Below are positions 53,595 through 63,179 of a stretch of DNA of 64,000 bases, piece after piece. The DNA comes from Candidatus Eiseniibacteriota bacterium (GTDB lineage Bacteria > Eisenbacteria > RBG-16-71-46): positions 55,205-119,204 of the forward strand of contig JACOSV010000084.1 in the NCBI GenBank assembly GCA_016178725.1. The letters run 5' to 3'. Positions within the stretch are counted from its first letter, which is position 1. Each line of letters opens with the position of its first letter. The notes under the pieces are model-generated. The model was given only the letters and a program-made list of their open reading frames with translations. It made no database searches and was not told the origin of the DNA. A program made the translations under genes and the position numbers.

Positions 53595-55484
53595 CTACGT
53601 GTACTGCCGCTGGTGCGCGCGCACCCAGTCGCGCACGCGCGCGGCGAGCCCCAAGGCGTCGAGGCCGACGGTCGCGAGCAGCTCGTCGCGCTTGCCGTGG
53701 GTCACGAACGCGTCGGGCAGGCCGATGTGGAGGAGCGACGTGGTCGAGAGGTCATGACGCGCGAGGCACTGGTGCACGGCGTCGCCGAAGCCGCCGGCCA
53801 GCACGTTTTCCTCGATCGTGACGATGCGGCCGATCGAGCGCGCGAGGCCGAGGATCGTCGTCTCGTCCACCGGCGCCGCGAAGCGCGCGTTGACGACCGT
53901 GGCCGACATCCCCTCGCCCGCGAGCGTCTCGGCCGCGGCGAGGGCGGGCGCGACCATCGTGCCGAGGGCCAGGATCGCCACGTCGCCGCCGGCGCGCAGC
54001 TGCTCGGACACGCCGAGCGGCAGCACGCGCGGCTCGCGGGTGCCGAGATTCTCCTCGGGCACGTTCGCGCGCGGATAGCGCACGGCGATCGGGCCTTCGT
54101 GCTGCACCGCCGTCCACAGCATGTCGCGCAGCTCTTCGCCGTTCCGCGGCTGCATGACGACGACGCCCGGGATCATGCGCAGGAATCCGACGTCGAAGGC
54201 GCCGTGCTGCGGTCCGCCGTCCTCGCCCACGAGTCCGGCACGGTCCACGCAGAAGACGACGTGCAGGTTCTGCACGGCAACATCGTGGATGATCTGGTCG
54301 AAGCCGCGCTGCAGGAACGTCGAGTAGATCGTCGTGAGCGGGATCAGGCCGCCGGCGGCGAGGCCGGCCGAGAACGTGACGCCGTGCTCCTCGGCCATGC
54401 CGACGTCGAAGAAGCGATCGGGGAAGCGCTTCGCGAACGGCTTGAGACCGGTGTTGTCGGTCATCGCCGCGGTGACCGCGACGACCTTCGGCAGGCGCGC
54501 CGCGATCTCGACGGCGGTCTCGCCGAACACCTGTGTGTACGTCTTCTTCGCGCTCTTCGACGACGTGCCGGTCTCGGGGTCGAACACGCCGACGCCGTGG
54601 AACGTGCCGGCATCGCTCTCGGCCGGAGCGTAGCCCTTGCCCTTCTTGGTCACGACGTGGAGCAGCACCGGGCCCGGCACTTCCTTGAGCTCGATCAGCG
54701 TGTGCATCAGGAGATCGAGGTCGTGCCCGTCGATCGGACCGTAGTACTTGAGCCCGAGCTCCTCGAAGAGCACGCCGGGCACGACGAGGTTGGCGAGCCC
54801 TTCCTTGATCCGCCGCGCCGCCTCCTGCGCCCGGTGGCCGAGCCGCGGCACGCGTCCGAGCAGCTCGTAGACGTCGCGCTCGAACTGGCGGTAGAAGCGG
54901 TGCGTGGTGAGGCGCGTGAGGTAGCGCGCAATCGCGCCGACGTTGGGCGAGATGCTCCACTCGTTGTCGTTGAGCACCACCAGCATCCTGCGCCGCAGCT
55001 CGCCGGCGTTGTTGAGGCCCTCGAACGCCATGCCGCCGGTGAGCGCGCCGTCGCCGATCACCGCGACGACGTGGAAGTCCTCGCCGGCGAGATCGCGCGC
55101 GACGGCGAAGCCGAGCGCCGCCGAGATCGAGGTGCTGCCGTGGCAGGTGCCGAACGGATCGTGATCGCTCTCGTCGCGCGCCGGATAGCCCTTGATGCCG
55201 CCGAGGCTGCGCAGCGTGTCGAAGCGGTCGAACCGGCCGGTGACGAGCTTGTGCGGATAGGACTGGTGGCCGACGTCCCAGATGATCTTGTCGCGCGGCG
55301 AATCGAACACGCGGTGAAGCGCGAGCGTGAGCTCGACGACGCCGAGGTTGGGCGCGAGGTGGCCGGCGCGGCGCGCCACGGTCTGGATGATGACGTGGCG
55401 GATCTCGGCCGCGAGCTGGTCGAGCTCGGCGCGCGACAGCGCCTTGAGATCGGCCGGCGAGTGGATGCGTTCGAGCAGGCTCAT
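53595..55484 (-). CDS. dxs: 1-deoxy-D-xylulose-5-phosphate synthase
   Basis: TPP-binding GDG(X)25-30N region. HQSYPHK. Transketolase-like C-terminus. ATGA overlap with the downstream DUF212 gene; the alternative GTG start at 55499 is possible. Confidence 0.9.
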   Translation of the reverse strand: MSLLERIHSPADLKALSRAELDQLAAEIRHVIIQTVARRAGHLAPNLGVVELTLALHRVFDSPRDKIIWDVGHQSYPHKLVTGRFDRFDTLRSLGGIKGYPARDESDHDPFGTCHGSTSISAALGFAVARDLAGEDFHVVAVIGDGALTGGMAFEGLNNAGELRRRMLVVLNDNEWSISPNVGAIARYLTRLTTHRFYRQFERDVYELLGRVPRLGHRAQEAARRIKEGLANLVVPGVLFEELGLKYYGPIDGHDLDLLMHTLIELKEVPGPVLLHVVTKKGKGYAPAESDAGTFHGVGVFDPETGTSSKSAKKTYTQVFGETAVEIAARLPKVVAVTAAMTDNTGLKPFAKRFPDRFFDVGMAEEHGVTFSAGLAAGGLIPLTTIYSTFLQRGFDQIIHDVAVQNLHVVFCVDRAGLVGEDGGPQHGAFDVGFLRMIPGVVVMQPRNGEELRDMLWTAVQHEGPIAVRYPRANVPEENLGTREPRVLPLGVSEQLRAGGDVAILALGTMVAPALAAAETLAGEGMSATVVNARFAAPVDETTILGLARSIGRIVTIEENVLAGGFGDAVHQCLARHDLSTTSLLHIGLPDAFVTHGKRDELLATVGLDALGLAARVRDWVRAHQRQYT

Positions 55485-55885
55485 GTGATCCAGGTCCACA
55501 GCACGGCGCTGCCGACTCCGAGCAGCGCCCCCACGAGCACTTCGAAGGGCGTGTGGCCGAGCAGCTCCATGAGCCTCTGCGCGCCCTCCTCGGGATTCTT
55601 GAAGTGTTCGTCGATCAGGCGGTTCAGCACCTCGGCGTGACGGCCCGCCGCACGCCGGAGGCCGGCCGCATCATACATGACGATCAGACTGAAGAATAAG
55701 GTGACGCCGAAGATGGACGAGCGGAATCCCTCCTCGAGCCCGATCATCGTCGAGAGCGCCGACACCGACGCGGCGTGCGAGCTCGGCATGCCGCCGGTCG
55801 CGACGAATCGCCGCAGGTTCCAGCGCCGGGTGCGCACGAACTCGGCGACGCCCTTGTAGCCCTGGACGAGGAACCCGATGCTCAA
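55481..55885 (-). CDS. divergent PAP2-family membrane protein (DUF212/YuiD-like)
   Basis: Small hydrophobic protein with the SSH/PSSHAA motif characteristic of DUF212. Confidence 0.55.
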   Translation of the reverse strand: MSIGFLVQGYKGVAEFVRTRRWNLRRFVATGGMPSSHAASVSALSTMIGLEEGFRSSIFGVTLFFSLIVMYDAAGLRRAAGRHAEVLNRLIDEHFKNPEEGAQRLMELLGHTPFEVLVGALLGVGSAVLWTWIT

Positions 55886-55922
55886 CGCGAGCCAGAGCGC
55901 CTTCGTACGGTCTCCCCGATGT

Positions 55923-56906
55923 CTAGCGGTCGCGCTCGGCGACCGCGAGGATGAGATGGCCCAGATTCCACGCGCGGATGCCGAGCCGCTCGACGCGGCC
56001 GAGCGCGCTCACGAACAGCCGTCCGGCCTCGATCCGGGCGCGGTCGTCACCGACGGCGCGCGGATACGTCGCCTTGCCGCGCGCGTCGTCGGTGCCGGCG
56101 CGCTTGCCGAGCCGCGCGAGCGACGAGCGCCGGTTGAGCAGATCGTCGTGGATCTGGAACGCGAGGCCGAGCTCGAGCCCCATCGCGCCGAGCGCCCGCA
56201 GCCGTCCGGGGCTCGCGTTGCCCGCGAGGCCGCCGGTCATGAGTGCCGCGCGGATCAGGCCGCCGGTCTTGCGCAGATGGATGTCGCGGACGCCGCTCCC
56301 GCTCACGCGCCGGCCCTCGCCCTCGAGGTCGAGCACCTGCCCGCCGACCAGCACACGGCTCCCCGCCGCCTGGGCGAGCAGCGCGACGGCGCGGCACGCA
56401 GCGCGCGGCGATGCGGCGCGCGCCCGCGCGAGCGTCTCGAACGCCAGCGCGAGCAGGGCGTCGCCCGCGAGCAGCGCCGTCGCCTCGTCGAAGCGCTTGT
56501 GCGTCGTCGGCCGACCGCGGCGGAAGTCGTCGTCGTCCATTGCGGGCAGATCGTCGTGGACGAGCGAGAACGCGTGCACCAGCTCGACCGCGGCCGCTGC
56601 GGGCAACGCGCGCTCGTAGCGGCCGCCGACCGCCTCGCACGCGGTGAGCGCGAGCAGCGGGCGCAGCCGCTTGCCGGGTCCGAGCGCCGCGTAGCGCATC
56701 GCCGCGTGGAGCGCGGGCGGGGTTTCCTTCGCCGCGGGCAGGACGCCGGCGAAGTAGCGCTCGAAGCGGTCGAGGCGCGCGCGCAGCGGCGCGCGCTCGG
56801 CGCCCGCGAGCCAGCCCTCGGAGGTCGCGCGGGCTGCGGCCCGCGGCCGCCGCGCCTCGCGCGCATCCGGCGAGAGCACCGCCTGCCCCGCGCGCGAAGA
56901 GCTCAA
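55923..56906 (-). CDS. ispA: polyprenyl diphosphate synthase (farnesyl/geranylgeranyl diphosphate synthase)
   Basis: First DDxxD (LVHDDLPAMDDDDFRRG) and second DDxxD (FQIHDDLLN) motifs. xseB-ispA-dxs order as in E. coli. Confidence 0.85.
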   Translation of the reverse strand: MSSSRAGQAVLSPDAREARRPRAAARATSEGWLAGAERAPLRARLDRFERYFAGVLPAAKETPPALHAAMRYAALGPGKRLRPLLALTACEAVGGRYERALPAAAAVELVHAFSLVHDDLPAMDDDDFRRGRPTTHKRFDEATALLAGDALLALAFETLARARAASPRAACRAVALLAQAAGSRVLVGGQVLDLEGEGRRVSGSGVRDIHLRKTGGLIRAALMTGGLAGNASPGRLRALGAMGLELGLAFQIHDDLLNRRSSLARLGKRAGTDDARGKATYPRAVGDDRARIEAGRLFVSALGRVERLGIRAWNLGHLILAVAERDR

Positions 56907-57220
56907 AACGGGAGCTCGCCCTCCCCGCTTCCGGAGTCGCGGTCGTTGCGCTCGTTGTCGAGTTCGAGCGGGCGTGTCGCGGGCGGCTGCCCCTGCTCCT
57001 CGACGAGCCGTTCGATCCGCTGTTCGGCCTGATCGAGGCTCGCGGTCAGCCGCCGCGACAGCCGCACGCCCTCTTCGTAGCGGGCGAGCGACTCCTCGAG
57101 CGTGAGCGATCCGGCTTCGAGCTCCTCGACGATGGTCTCGAGGCGCTCGAGCGCCTGCTCGAACGGCGGCTCGGCGTCGCCGGCGTTGCTCGCGGCCGCG
57201 CCGCGCTTACTCGCGGGCAT
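56903..57220 (-). CDS. xseB: exodeoxyribonuclease VII small subunit
   Basis: FEQALERLETIVEELEAGSLTLEESLARYEEGVRL helical hairpin typical of XseB. ATGA overlap with ispA. Confidence 0.8.
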   Translation of the reverse strand: MPASKRGAAASNAGDAEPPFEQALERLETIVEELEAGSLTLEESLARYEEGVRLSRRLTASLDQAEQRIERLVEEQGQPPATRPLELDNERNDRDSGSGEGELPF

Positions 57221-58577
57221 CGTTCCCTCCGGGGCGCACGGATTCGACCCGCGCGTCGGCCTCGCCGCGCGCGAACTCGATCGTGACGGGATCATTCACG
57301 GCCAGCTCGGCGGCGACGCGCAGCAGGGTACCGTCGGGCCGTCGCACAAGGCAATAACCGCGTTCCATCACGCGGCGCGGCGAGAGCGCGCGCAGGCGAT
57401 CGTCGTGGCCGGCGAGCCGCAGGCGGCGCGCGTGCATCGCGTCCACCGTGAGCGGCGTGAGCCGCGCGGCGAGCGCCGCGAACGCCTCGCGCCGGCGCAC
57501 GAGTGTGCGCGGCCACTCGCGCAGGCCGTAGCGCGTCCCGGCCGCGGCGAGCCGGGCGCGCGCCGCGGCCAGCGCCGCCCGCACGCGCGCGGCCATCCGC
57601 TCGCGCAAGCCGTCGACGCGCTGCTGCCAGAAGCCGAGCGCGTCGCGCTGGCGGCGGAACCCGTACTTCTCGATCAGCTCGCGCAGCCGGCGGCGGCGGC
57701 GGTCGAAGCCGACGCGCACGGCGCGCATCGCGCGGCCCTCGAGCACTTCGATGCCGCCGCGCACCTCGCGCCGGTCACGGACCGCGATCTCGGCGGCGTT
57801 GGACGGCGTCGCCGCGCGCACGTCGGCGGCGAGATCGGCGAGCGTCACGTCCACCTCGTGCCCGATGGCGGCGATCACGGGCAGCTTCGATCCCGCGATC
57901 GCACGCACCACCGGCTCTTCGTTGAACGCCCAGAGATCCTCGAGCGAGCCGCCGCCGCGGCCGACGATGAGCAGATCCACCTTCATGTAACGGTTGAAGC
58001 GCGCGATGGCGGAGGCGATCTCCTGTGCGGCGCCCGGTCCCTGCACGCGCACCGGCGCGAGGACGATCCCAGTTCCCGGCCAGCGCGTGCGCAGCACCTT
58101 GACCATGTCGCGCACGGCCGCGCCGACGGGCGAGGTGACGAGCCCGATGCGTTCGGGATACCGGGGCAGCGGCTTGCGGCGCGCGGGATCGAACAGGCCC
58201 TCGGCCTGCAGCCGGCGCTTGAGCTCCTCGTACGCGACCAGCAGCGCGCCGAGGCCGCCCGGCCGCAGCGTCTCGACCACGAGCTGATAGCGCCCGCGCG
58301 GCGCGTAGACGGTGACCGCGCCGAACGCCTCGACCTCGGTGCCGTCCTTCGGCTCGAACGTGAGCCGGTTCGCGGCCGTGCTCCACATCACGCAGTCGAG
58401 CAGCGCGTCCTTGCCGTCCTTGAGCGCGAAGTAGAGCTGGCCGCGATCGGCGCGTTTGACGCCCGACAGCTCCCCCTTGACCCACACGGCCGGGAACGCG
58501 CCGTCGAGCGTGTCCTTGATGAGGCGCGTGAGCGCCGAGACCGAGAGGATGCGCTCGGACGCGGGCGAGACCGCCAT
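57207..58577 (-). CDS. xseA: exodeoxyribonuclease VII large subunit
   Basis: N-terminal OB fold (...SVSALTRLIKDTLDGAFPAVWVKGELS). Central catalytic region ...LIVGRGGGSLEDLWAFNEE. Confidence 0.85.
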   Translation of the reverse strand: MAVSPASERILSVSALTRLIKDTLDGAFPAVWVKGELSGVKRADRGQLYFALKDGKDALLDCVMWSTAANRLTFEPKDGTEVEAFGAVTVYAPRGRYQLVVETLRPGGLGALLVAYEELKRRLQAEGLFDPARRKPLPRYPERIGLVTSPVGAAVRDMVKVLRTRWPGTGIVLAPVRVQGPGAAQEIASAIARFNRYMKVDLLIVGRGGGSLEDLWAFNEEPVVRAIAGSKLPVIAAIGHEVDVTLADLAADVRAATPSNAAEIAVRDRREVRGGIEVLEGRAMRAVRVGFDRRRRRLRELIEKYGFRRQRDALGFWQQRVDGLRERMAARVRAALAAARARLAAAGTRYGLREWPRTLVRRREAFAALAARLTPLTVDAMHARRLRLAGHDDRLRALSPRRVMERGYCLVRRPDGTLLRVAAELAVNDPVTIEFARGEADARVESVRPGGNDARE

Positions 58578-59011
58578 CAGAGCCCGCCGGCTTCGGCGAA
58601 CGTGAGGACGTTGCCGTCGGGATCGATCACGACGAACTCGGCCGGCGTCCCCGCGGCCTGGACGATTCCCAGCGCGCTCCACTCGGCGAAGAGCGCGGCG
58701 GCGTCGTCGGCGGCGACGCGACAGCCGCCCGCCTTCGGCAGCGCGGGATCGGCGGAGCGCCGAAGGAGGATCTCGACGTCGTCGCGCGACAGCAATGCGT
58801 GGTCCTCGAAGCGCGAGCCGGGCGCAAACCCGAGCTGCCCGGCGTAGAACTCGATCGCGCGCCCGATGTCGAGCACCGGGAGGATCGGCACGGCGCGGCG
58901 GAGCCGCGGACCGGACGGCTCGGGCGCGGCCGCGCGCGCGACGAGCCGCTTCGCGGCCGGCCGCTTGTCGTGCGCGAGCTTCTCCACCTTCGCGCGCGAC
59001 AGCTTGCTCAC
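58577..59011 (-). CDS. VOC (glyoxalase/bleomycin-resistance) family protein
   Basis: Single paired beta-alpha-beta-beta-beta module (...VPILPVLDIGRAIEFY...VVIDPDGNVL). GTG start in a GTGA overlap with the upstream DinB-like gene. Confidence 0.5.
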   Translation of the reverse strand: MSKLSRAKVEKLAHDKRPAAKRLVARAAAPEPSGPRLRRAVPILPVLDIGRAIEFYAGQLGFAPGSRFEDHALLSRDDVEILLRRSADPALPKAGGCRVAADDAAALFAEWSALGIVQAAGTPAEFVVIDPDGNVLTFAEAGGL

Positions 59012-59589
59012 GTCCGCATCGCTCCGGCGCGGACGCGATGGAGGTGGCGCAGCAGGTTGACCTGGCCGTAGTGCCCGGCCTCGTGCTCGAGCACGTGGTA
59101 GAGCGTCCAGCCCACCGTGCACTCGAACTCGGTGTCGGTCGTCCACGTCGCCATGAATCTGTAGCGACGATCGAGGTCCGCGTCCGTGAGCGTCGCCACC
59201 AGCTGCTTCGTCCGCGCCCGGGCGCGCGCGCGCAGGTCGTCGAAGTAGGCGAGGTCGCGGCCGCCGAGCGCCGCGGGGGCCGCGGCTTCCTCCGGCATCG
59301 GAATTCCGATCTCGGCCCGCGTGATCCCGAGGTCGCCTTCGTCGCCGCGCTCGGGGCCGAGGACCGCGCGGTTGATCCAGCGCACCTCGACGACGGCGAT
59401 GTGGGCGAGCAGCTGGCCGATCGTGTTCATCCCCGGAGCCGGCTGCCAGCCGAGCTCGTCCGGCGTCGCGCCGCGCGTGTCCTCGGTGAGCCGCCGGCTC
59501 TGGTCGTCCATCTGCCACAGGAAGAGGCCGACGGGATGCGATCGGTTGCCGGCGACCGGCGTGAGGAATCGCTGCTCGAGCTTGGGCAT
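59008..59589 (-). CDS. DinB/YfiT-like (DinB_2, four-helix bundle metal-binding) family protein
   Basis: His triad spacing (H...H...EHEAGH) typical of DinB_2. Confidence 0.6.
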   Translation of the reverse strand: MPKLEQRFLTPVAGNRSHPVGLFLWQMDDQSRRLTEDTRGATPDELGWQPAPGMNTIGQLLAHIAVVEVRWINRAVLGPERGDEGDLGITRAEIGIPMPEEAAAPAALGGRDLAYFDDLRARARARTKQLVATLTDADLDRRYRFMATWTTDTEFECTVGWTLYHVLEHEAGHYGQVNLLRHLHRVRAGAMRT

Positions 59590-59611
59590 TCGCGTTCTCC
59601 CTCCCCGAGGC

Positions 59612-61294
59612 CTAGACCCTGACTCCGCTCATCTGACGCTCGACCGCGGCGACCGTGTTGGCGACGACCATCGCCACGGTCATCGGGCCCACGCCGCCCG
59701 GCACCGGCGTCAGCGCCCCCGCGACCTGCGCGACGCCGCGCGCGTCGACGTCGCCCACGAGCTTCTTCACGTCCTCGCGCCCCGGCGCCGCCGGATGGAT
59801 GCCCACGTCCACGACCGTCGCGCCCGGCTTCACCCAGTCGGCGGTCACCCACTCGGGCCGGCCGATCGCCGCGACGAGCAGATCCGCCTCGCGCGCCGCG
59901 TCGCGCAACGAAGGCCCGCTCGCGCTGTGGCCGACCGTGACCGTCATGTCGACGCCCCGGCTCGAGAGCAGTGTGGCGAGCGGTCGGCCGACGATCGCGC
60001 TGCGGCCGAGCACGGTCGCGCGGTGGCCGGCGAGCGGCACCTCGTAGTAACGCAGCAGGTGGAGGATGCCGCGCGGCGTGCACGGCACGAATCCCGGCAG
60101 GCCCGCCGCGAGCCGGCCCGCGTTCACCGGATGGAACCCGTCCACGTCCTTCTCGGGCGGGATCGCTTCGAGCGCGGCCCCGGCGTCGGCGGGCGGCGCC
60201 AACGGCAGCTGGAGCAGGATGCCGTGCACGTCGCGGCTCGCGCCGAGTATCCGGATCTTCTCGATCACGGTCGCCGTGTCGGCGCCCGCGGCCAGCGTCA
60301 CGCGCTTCACCTCGATCCCGACCTCGGCGCACGCCTCGCTCTTGCGCTTGAGATAGATCTGCGACGCCGGGTGCTCGCCGACCGAGACCAGCGCCAGGGT
60401 CGGGACCACGCCGCCCGCGCGCAGCTCGGCGACGCGAACGCGCGCCTCGGCGCGCACCGCGGCCGCGGGCTCCTCGCCCGAGAGCCGGCGCGCCCCCTCG
60501 CCCGAAGGCATCGCGAATCGGATCTGCAGGCGCTCGATCGACTGCGCACGGCCGGTCGCGGGATCGACGCGCAGCACCGCGCCGTTCAGCCGCAGGTCGC
60601 CGGACGCGGGCGTCAGGCGCTCGGGCATGCCGGTCAGGAACCGGCGCAGGGCCGCGTCGCGGTCCATGCCGATCACCGATTCGAAGCCGCCGGTCATCCC
60701 GGCGTCGCAGAGGAACGCCGTGCCGTTCGGCAGCACGCGCTCGTCGGCGGTCTGAACGTGCGTGTGCGTCCCGATCACGGCGCTCACGCGCCCGTCGAGG
60801 TGCCAGCCGAGGGCGATCTTCTCGGCGGTTGTCTCGGCGTGGATGTCGACGAGCACGACCTTGCACTTGCCGCGCATCGCCTCGAGCACGGAGTCGGCGG
60901 CGCGAAACGGATCGTCGGCCTCCTTCATGAACACGCGACCGAGCAGGTTCAGGATGCCGACCGCCGTGCCGTCGCCGGCGCGCACGATGCGCCAGCCCGC
61001 GCCCGGAGTTCCCGGCGGCAGGTTGGCGGGGCGGACGAGCCGCGCCTCGCCGCGCAGGTAATCGATGCTCTCCTTGCGATCCCAGATGTGGTTGCCGCCG
61101 GTGAGGACGTCGATCCCGGCGGCGAAGAGGCCGGACGCCGAGTCGCGCGTGAGGCCGAAGCCGCCGGCGGCGTTCTCCCCATTGCAGACGACGAGGTCGA
61201 TCGCGTGGCGGCGCTTGAGCTCGGGGAGCAGCGCGCGCACCACGTCGCGCCCCGGCGCCCCGATCACGTCGGCGATGAAGAGGATGTTCAGCAT
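59612..61294 (-). CDS. fusion protein: YmdB-like calcineurin-type metallophosphoesterase (2',3'-cNMP phosphodiesterase) N-terminal domain + FolD (methylene-THF dehydrogenase/methenyl-THF cyclohydrolase) C-terminal domain
   Basis: Residues 1-270: MLNILFIADVIG...GNHIWD...GTHTHVQTAD (YmdB/TIGR00282). Residues 285-560: VGEHPASQIYLKRK...DVDGFHP...VPCTP...GRSAIVGRP...GGVGPMTVAMV (FolD). Single uninterrupted frame, directly downstream of rny. Confidence 0.8.
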   Translation of the reverse strand: MLNILFIADVIGAPGRDVVRALLPELKRRHAIDLVVCNGENAAGGFGLTRDSASGLFAAGIDVLTGGNHIWDRKESIDYLRGEARLVRPANLPPGTPGAGWRIVRAGDGTAVGILNLLGRVFMKEADDPFRAADSVLEAMRGKCKVVLVDIHAETTAEKIALGWHLDGRVSAVIGTHTHVQTADERVLPNGTAFLCDAGMTGGFESVIGMDRDAALRRFLTGMPERLTPASGDLRLNGAVLRVDPATGRAQSIERLQIRFAMPSGEGARRLSGEEPAAAVRAEARVRVAELRAGGVVPTLALVSVGEHPASQIYLKRKSEACAEVGIEVKRVTLAAGADTATVIEKIRILGASRDVHGILLQLPLAPPADAGAALEAIPPEKDVDGFHPVNAGRLAAGLPGFVPCTPRGILHLLRYYEVPLAGHRATVLGRSAIVGRPLATLLSSRGVDMTVTVGHSASGPSLRDAAREADLLVAAIGRPEWVTADWVKPGATVVDVGIHPAAPGREDVKKLVGDVDARGVAQVAGALTPVPGGVGPMTVAMVVANTVAAVERQMSGVRV

Positions 61295-61301
61295 CGGCGC
61301 C

Positions 61302-62867
61302 CTACTTCGCGTAGTCCACGGCGCGCGTCTCGCGGATCACGGTGACGCGGATCTGGCCCGGGTACTGCAGCTCCTTCTCGATCCGCCGCGCGATCTCGCC
61401 GGCGAGGTCCTGCGCGCGCGCGTCGTCCACCTTGGAGTGCTCGACCAGGATGCGGATCTCCCGGCCCGCCTGGATCGCGTACGATTTCTCGACGCCCGGA
61501 AACGTGCCGGCGATCCGCTCCAGCGACTCGAGGCGCTTGATGTAGATCTCGAGGCTCTCGCGGCGCGCGCCGGGGCGTGCGCCCGAAACCGCGTCGGCCG
61601 CGGCGACCAGCACCGGCCACAGGCTGCCGCCCGCGTAGTCGTCGTGGTGGTAGCCGATCGATTCGAGCACCGGCTGCGGCTCGCCATAGCGCGCCGCGAC
61701 GTCCATCCCTAGCGCCGGGTGCGTGCCCTCCTGATCGTGGTCGATCGCCTTGCCGATGTCGTGCATCAGGCCGCCGCGCTTGGCCATCTTCTGATCCATG
61801 CCGATCTCGGCCGCCATCATGCCCGCGAGGTGCGCGACCTCGATCGAGTGGCGCAGGATGTTCTGCCCGTACGAGGTGCGGTAGTGCAGCCGGCCGAGCA
61901 GCTGCTGCAGCTCGGGGTGGATGCCGTGGACGCCGACCTCGAGGCAGGCGAGCTCGCCGAGCTCCTTGATCTTGCTCTCGACTTCGCCCTTCACCTTGGC
62001 GACCACTTCCTCGATCCGCGCCGGATGGATGCGCCCGTCGGCGACCAGACGCTCGAGCGACTGACGCGCGATCTCGCGCCGCACGGGATCGAAGCCCGAG
62101 AGGATGACCGCCTCCGGCGTGTCGTCGATGATGACGTCGACGCCGGTGATGGTCTCGAACGAGCGGATGTTGCGCCCCTCGCGGCCGATGATGCGGCCCT
62201 TCATGTCGTCGCTCGGCAGGTGCACGACCGACACCGACGACTCGGAGACCTGATCGCCGGCGTAGCGCTGCATCGCCAGCGTGATGATCTTGCGCGCCTC
62301 GCGCTCGGCGTTGCGCTGTGCGGCGTCGCGGATCTCGGCCACGCGGCGGTTGGCCTCGGCGCGCGCCTCGCTCTCGATGCTCGCAAGCAGCTGCGCCCGC
62401 GCCTCGTCGGCGCTCATGCCGGCGACGCGTTCGAGCCGCGCGGTCTGCTCCTGCATCAGCGTCTCGAGCTGGGCGTTGCGCTGCTGCACCGCGCCCTCGC
62501 GCTGGCCGACCTCCTGCTCGAGGCGCTTCAGGTCGCGGTCCTTCTTCTCGACCAGCTCGACGCGGCGATTGAACGCCGCCTCGCGCTCCTGGAACGCTCG
62601 CTCGGTCGCGAGCTGCGTGCTGCGCGCCTGCTGGTTCTCGCGCTCGCCCTGCTGGCGCAGCTTGAGTGCTTCTTCCTTGCCCTCGAGCACGGCCGCGCGC
62701 TTGACCGCGTCGGCCTCGCGCCGCGCGTCCTCGACGATCACCTGCGCCTGACGCTCGGCGTCGCCGAGCCGCGTCGCGGCGAGGCGCGCGCGCGCCGTCC
62801 ATCCGACCGCAAACGAAACGACGGCACCGATCACGATGCCGCCGATCCAGAACACGATATTCATCAC
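61302..62867 (-). CDS. rny: ribonuclease Y
   Basis: N-terminal TM helix. Coiled coil. KH domain ([12 protein letters not shown]). HD domain ([15 protein letters not shown]...HDIGK). Confidence 0.9.
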   Translation of the reverse strand: MMNIVFWIGGIVIGAVVSFAVGWTARARLAATRLGDAERQAQVIVEDARREADAVKRAAVLEGKEEALKLRQQGERENQQARSTQLATERAFQEREAAFNRRVELVEKKDRDLKRLEQEVGQREGAVQQRNAQLETLMQEQTARLERVAGMSADEARAQLLASIESEARAEANRRVAEIRDAAQRNAEREARKIITLAMQRYAGDQVSESSVSVVHLPSDDMKGRIIGREGRNIRSFETITGVDVIIDDTPEAVILSGFDPVRREIARQSLERLVADGRIHPARIEEVVAKVKGEVESKIKELGELACLEVGVHGIHPELQQLLGRLHYRTSYGQNILRHSIEVAHLAGMMAAEIGMDQKMAKRGGLMHDIGKAIDHDQEGTHPALGMDVAARYGEPQPVLESIGYHHDDYAGGSLWPVLVAAADAVSGARPGARRESLEIYIKRLESLERIAGTFPGVEKSYAIQAGREIRILVEHSKVDDARAQDLAGEIARRIEKELQYPGQIRVTVIRETRAVDYAK

Positions 62868-62949
62868 CCGTCTCCCGCGCCCCGGTTCCGGCGCGGGCGC
62901 CGCTCCGCCGCGAGGCGGAACCGCGCGCCGGCGCCGGCCGGGGCACCCG

Positions 62950-63160
62950 CGGGGCCAGACAATCCCCGCCGAAATGCCGTGTGCATTGGCGTTCTTGAGA
63001 CCTGGAAATCCAGGTGGGCGCGCCTCGAGCGGGTCGGTCCTCCCGAGCGCTTACGCGCCGGGCGCGACGTCGCCGATCACCGGAACACCCTTGAACGTCA
63101 TTAATGGTTCAAGAACGGTAGATGCATCACGGGCACGGCAGGGAATCCACGGCAAAACCG
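62950..63160 (-). ncRNA. ssrS: candidate 6S RNA (ssrS); strand and boundaries tentative
   Basis: Immediately downstream of zapA, as in E. coli. Contains CGUUCUUGAACC-auuaaugac-GUUCAAGGGUG, nearly identical to the conserved E. coli 6S 3' central-bubble element CCUUGAACCAAGGGUUCAAGGGU. A distal partner CUCAAGAACG and a closing-stem pair UGCCGUG/CACGGCA give a long hairpin with an internal bubble. Confidence 0.45.
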
Positions 63161-63179
63161 TCCATCGTCCTCCGCGGCT

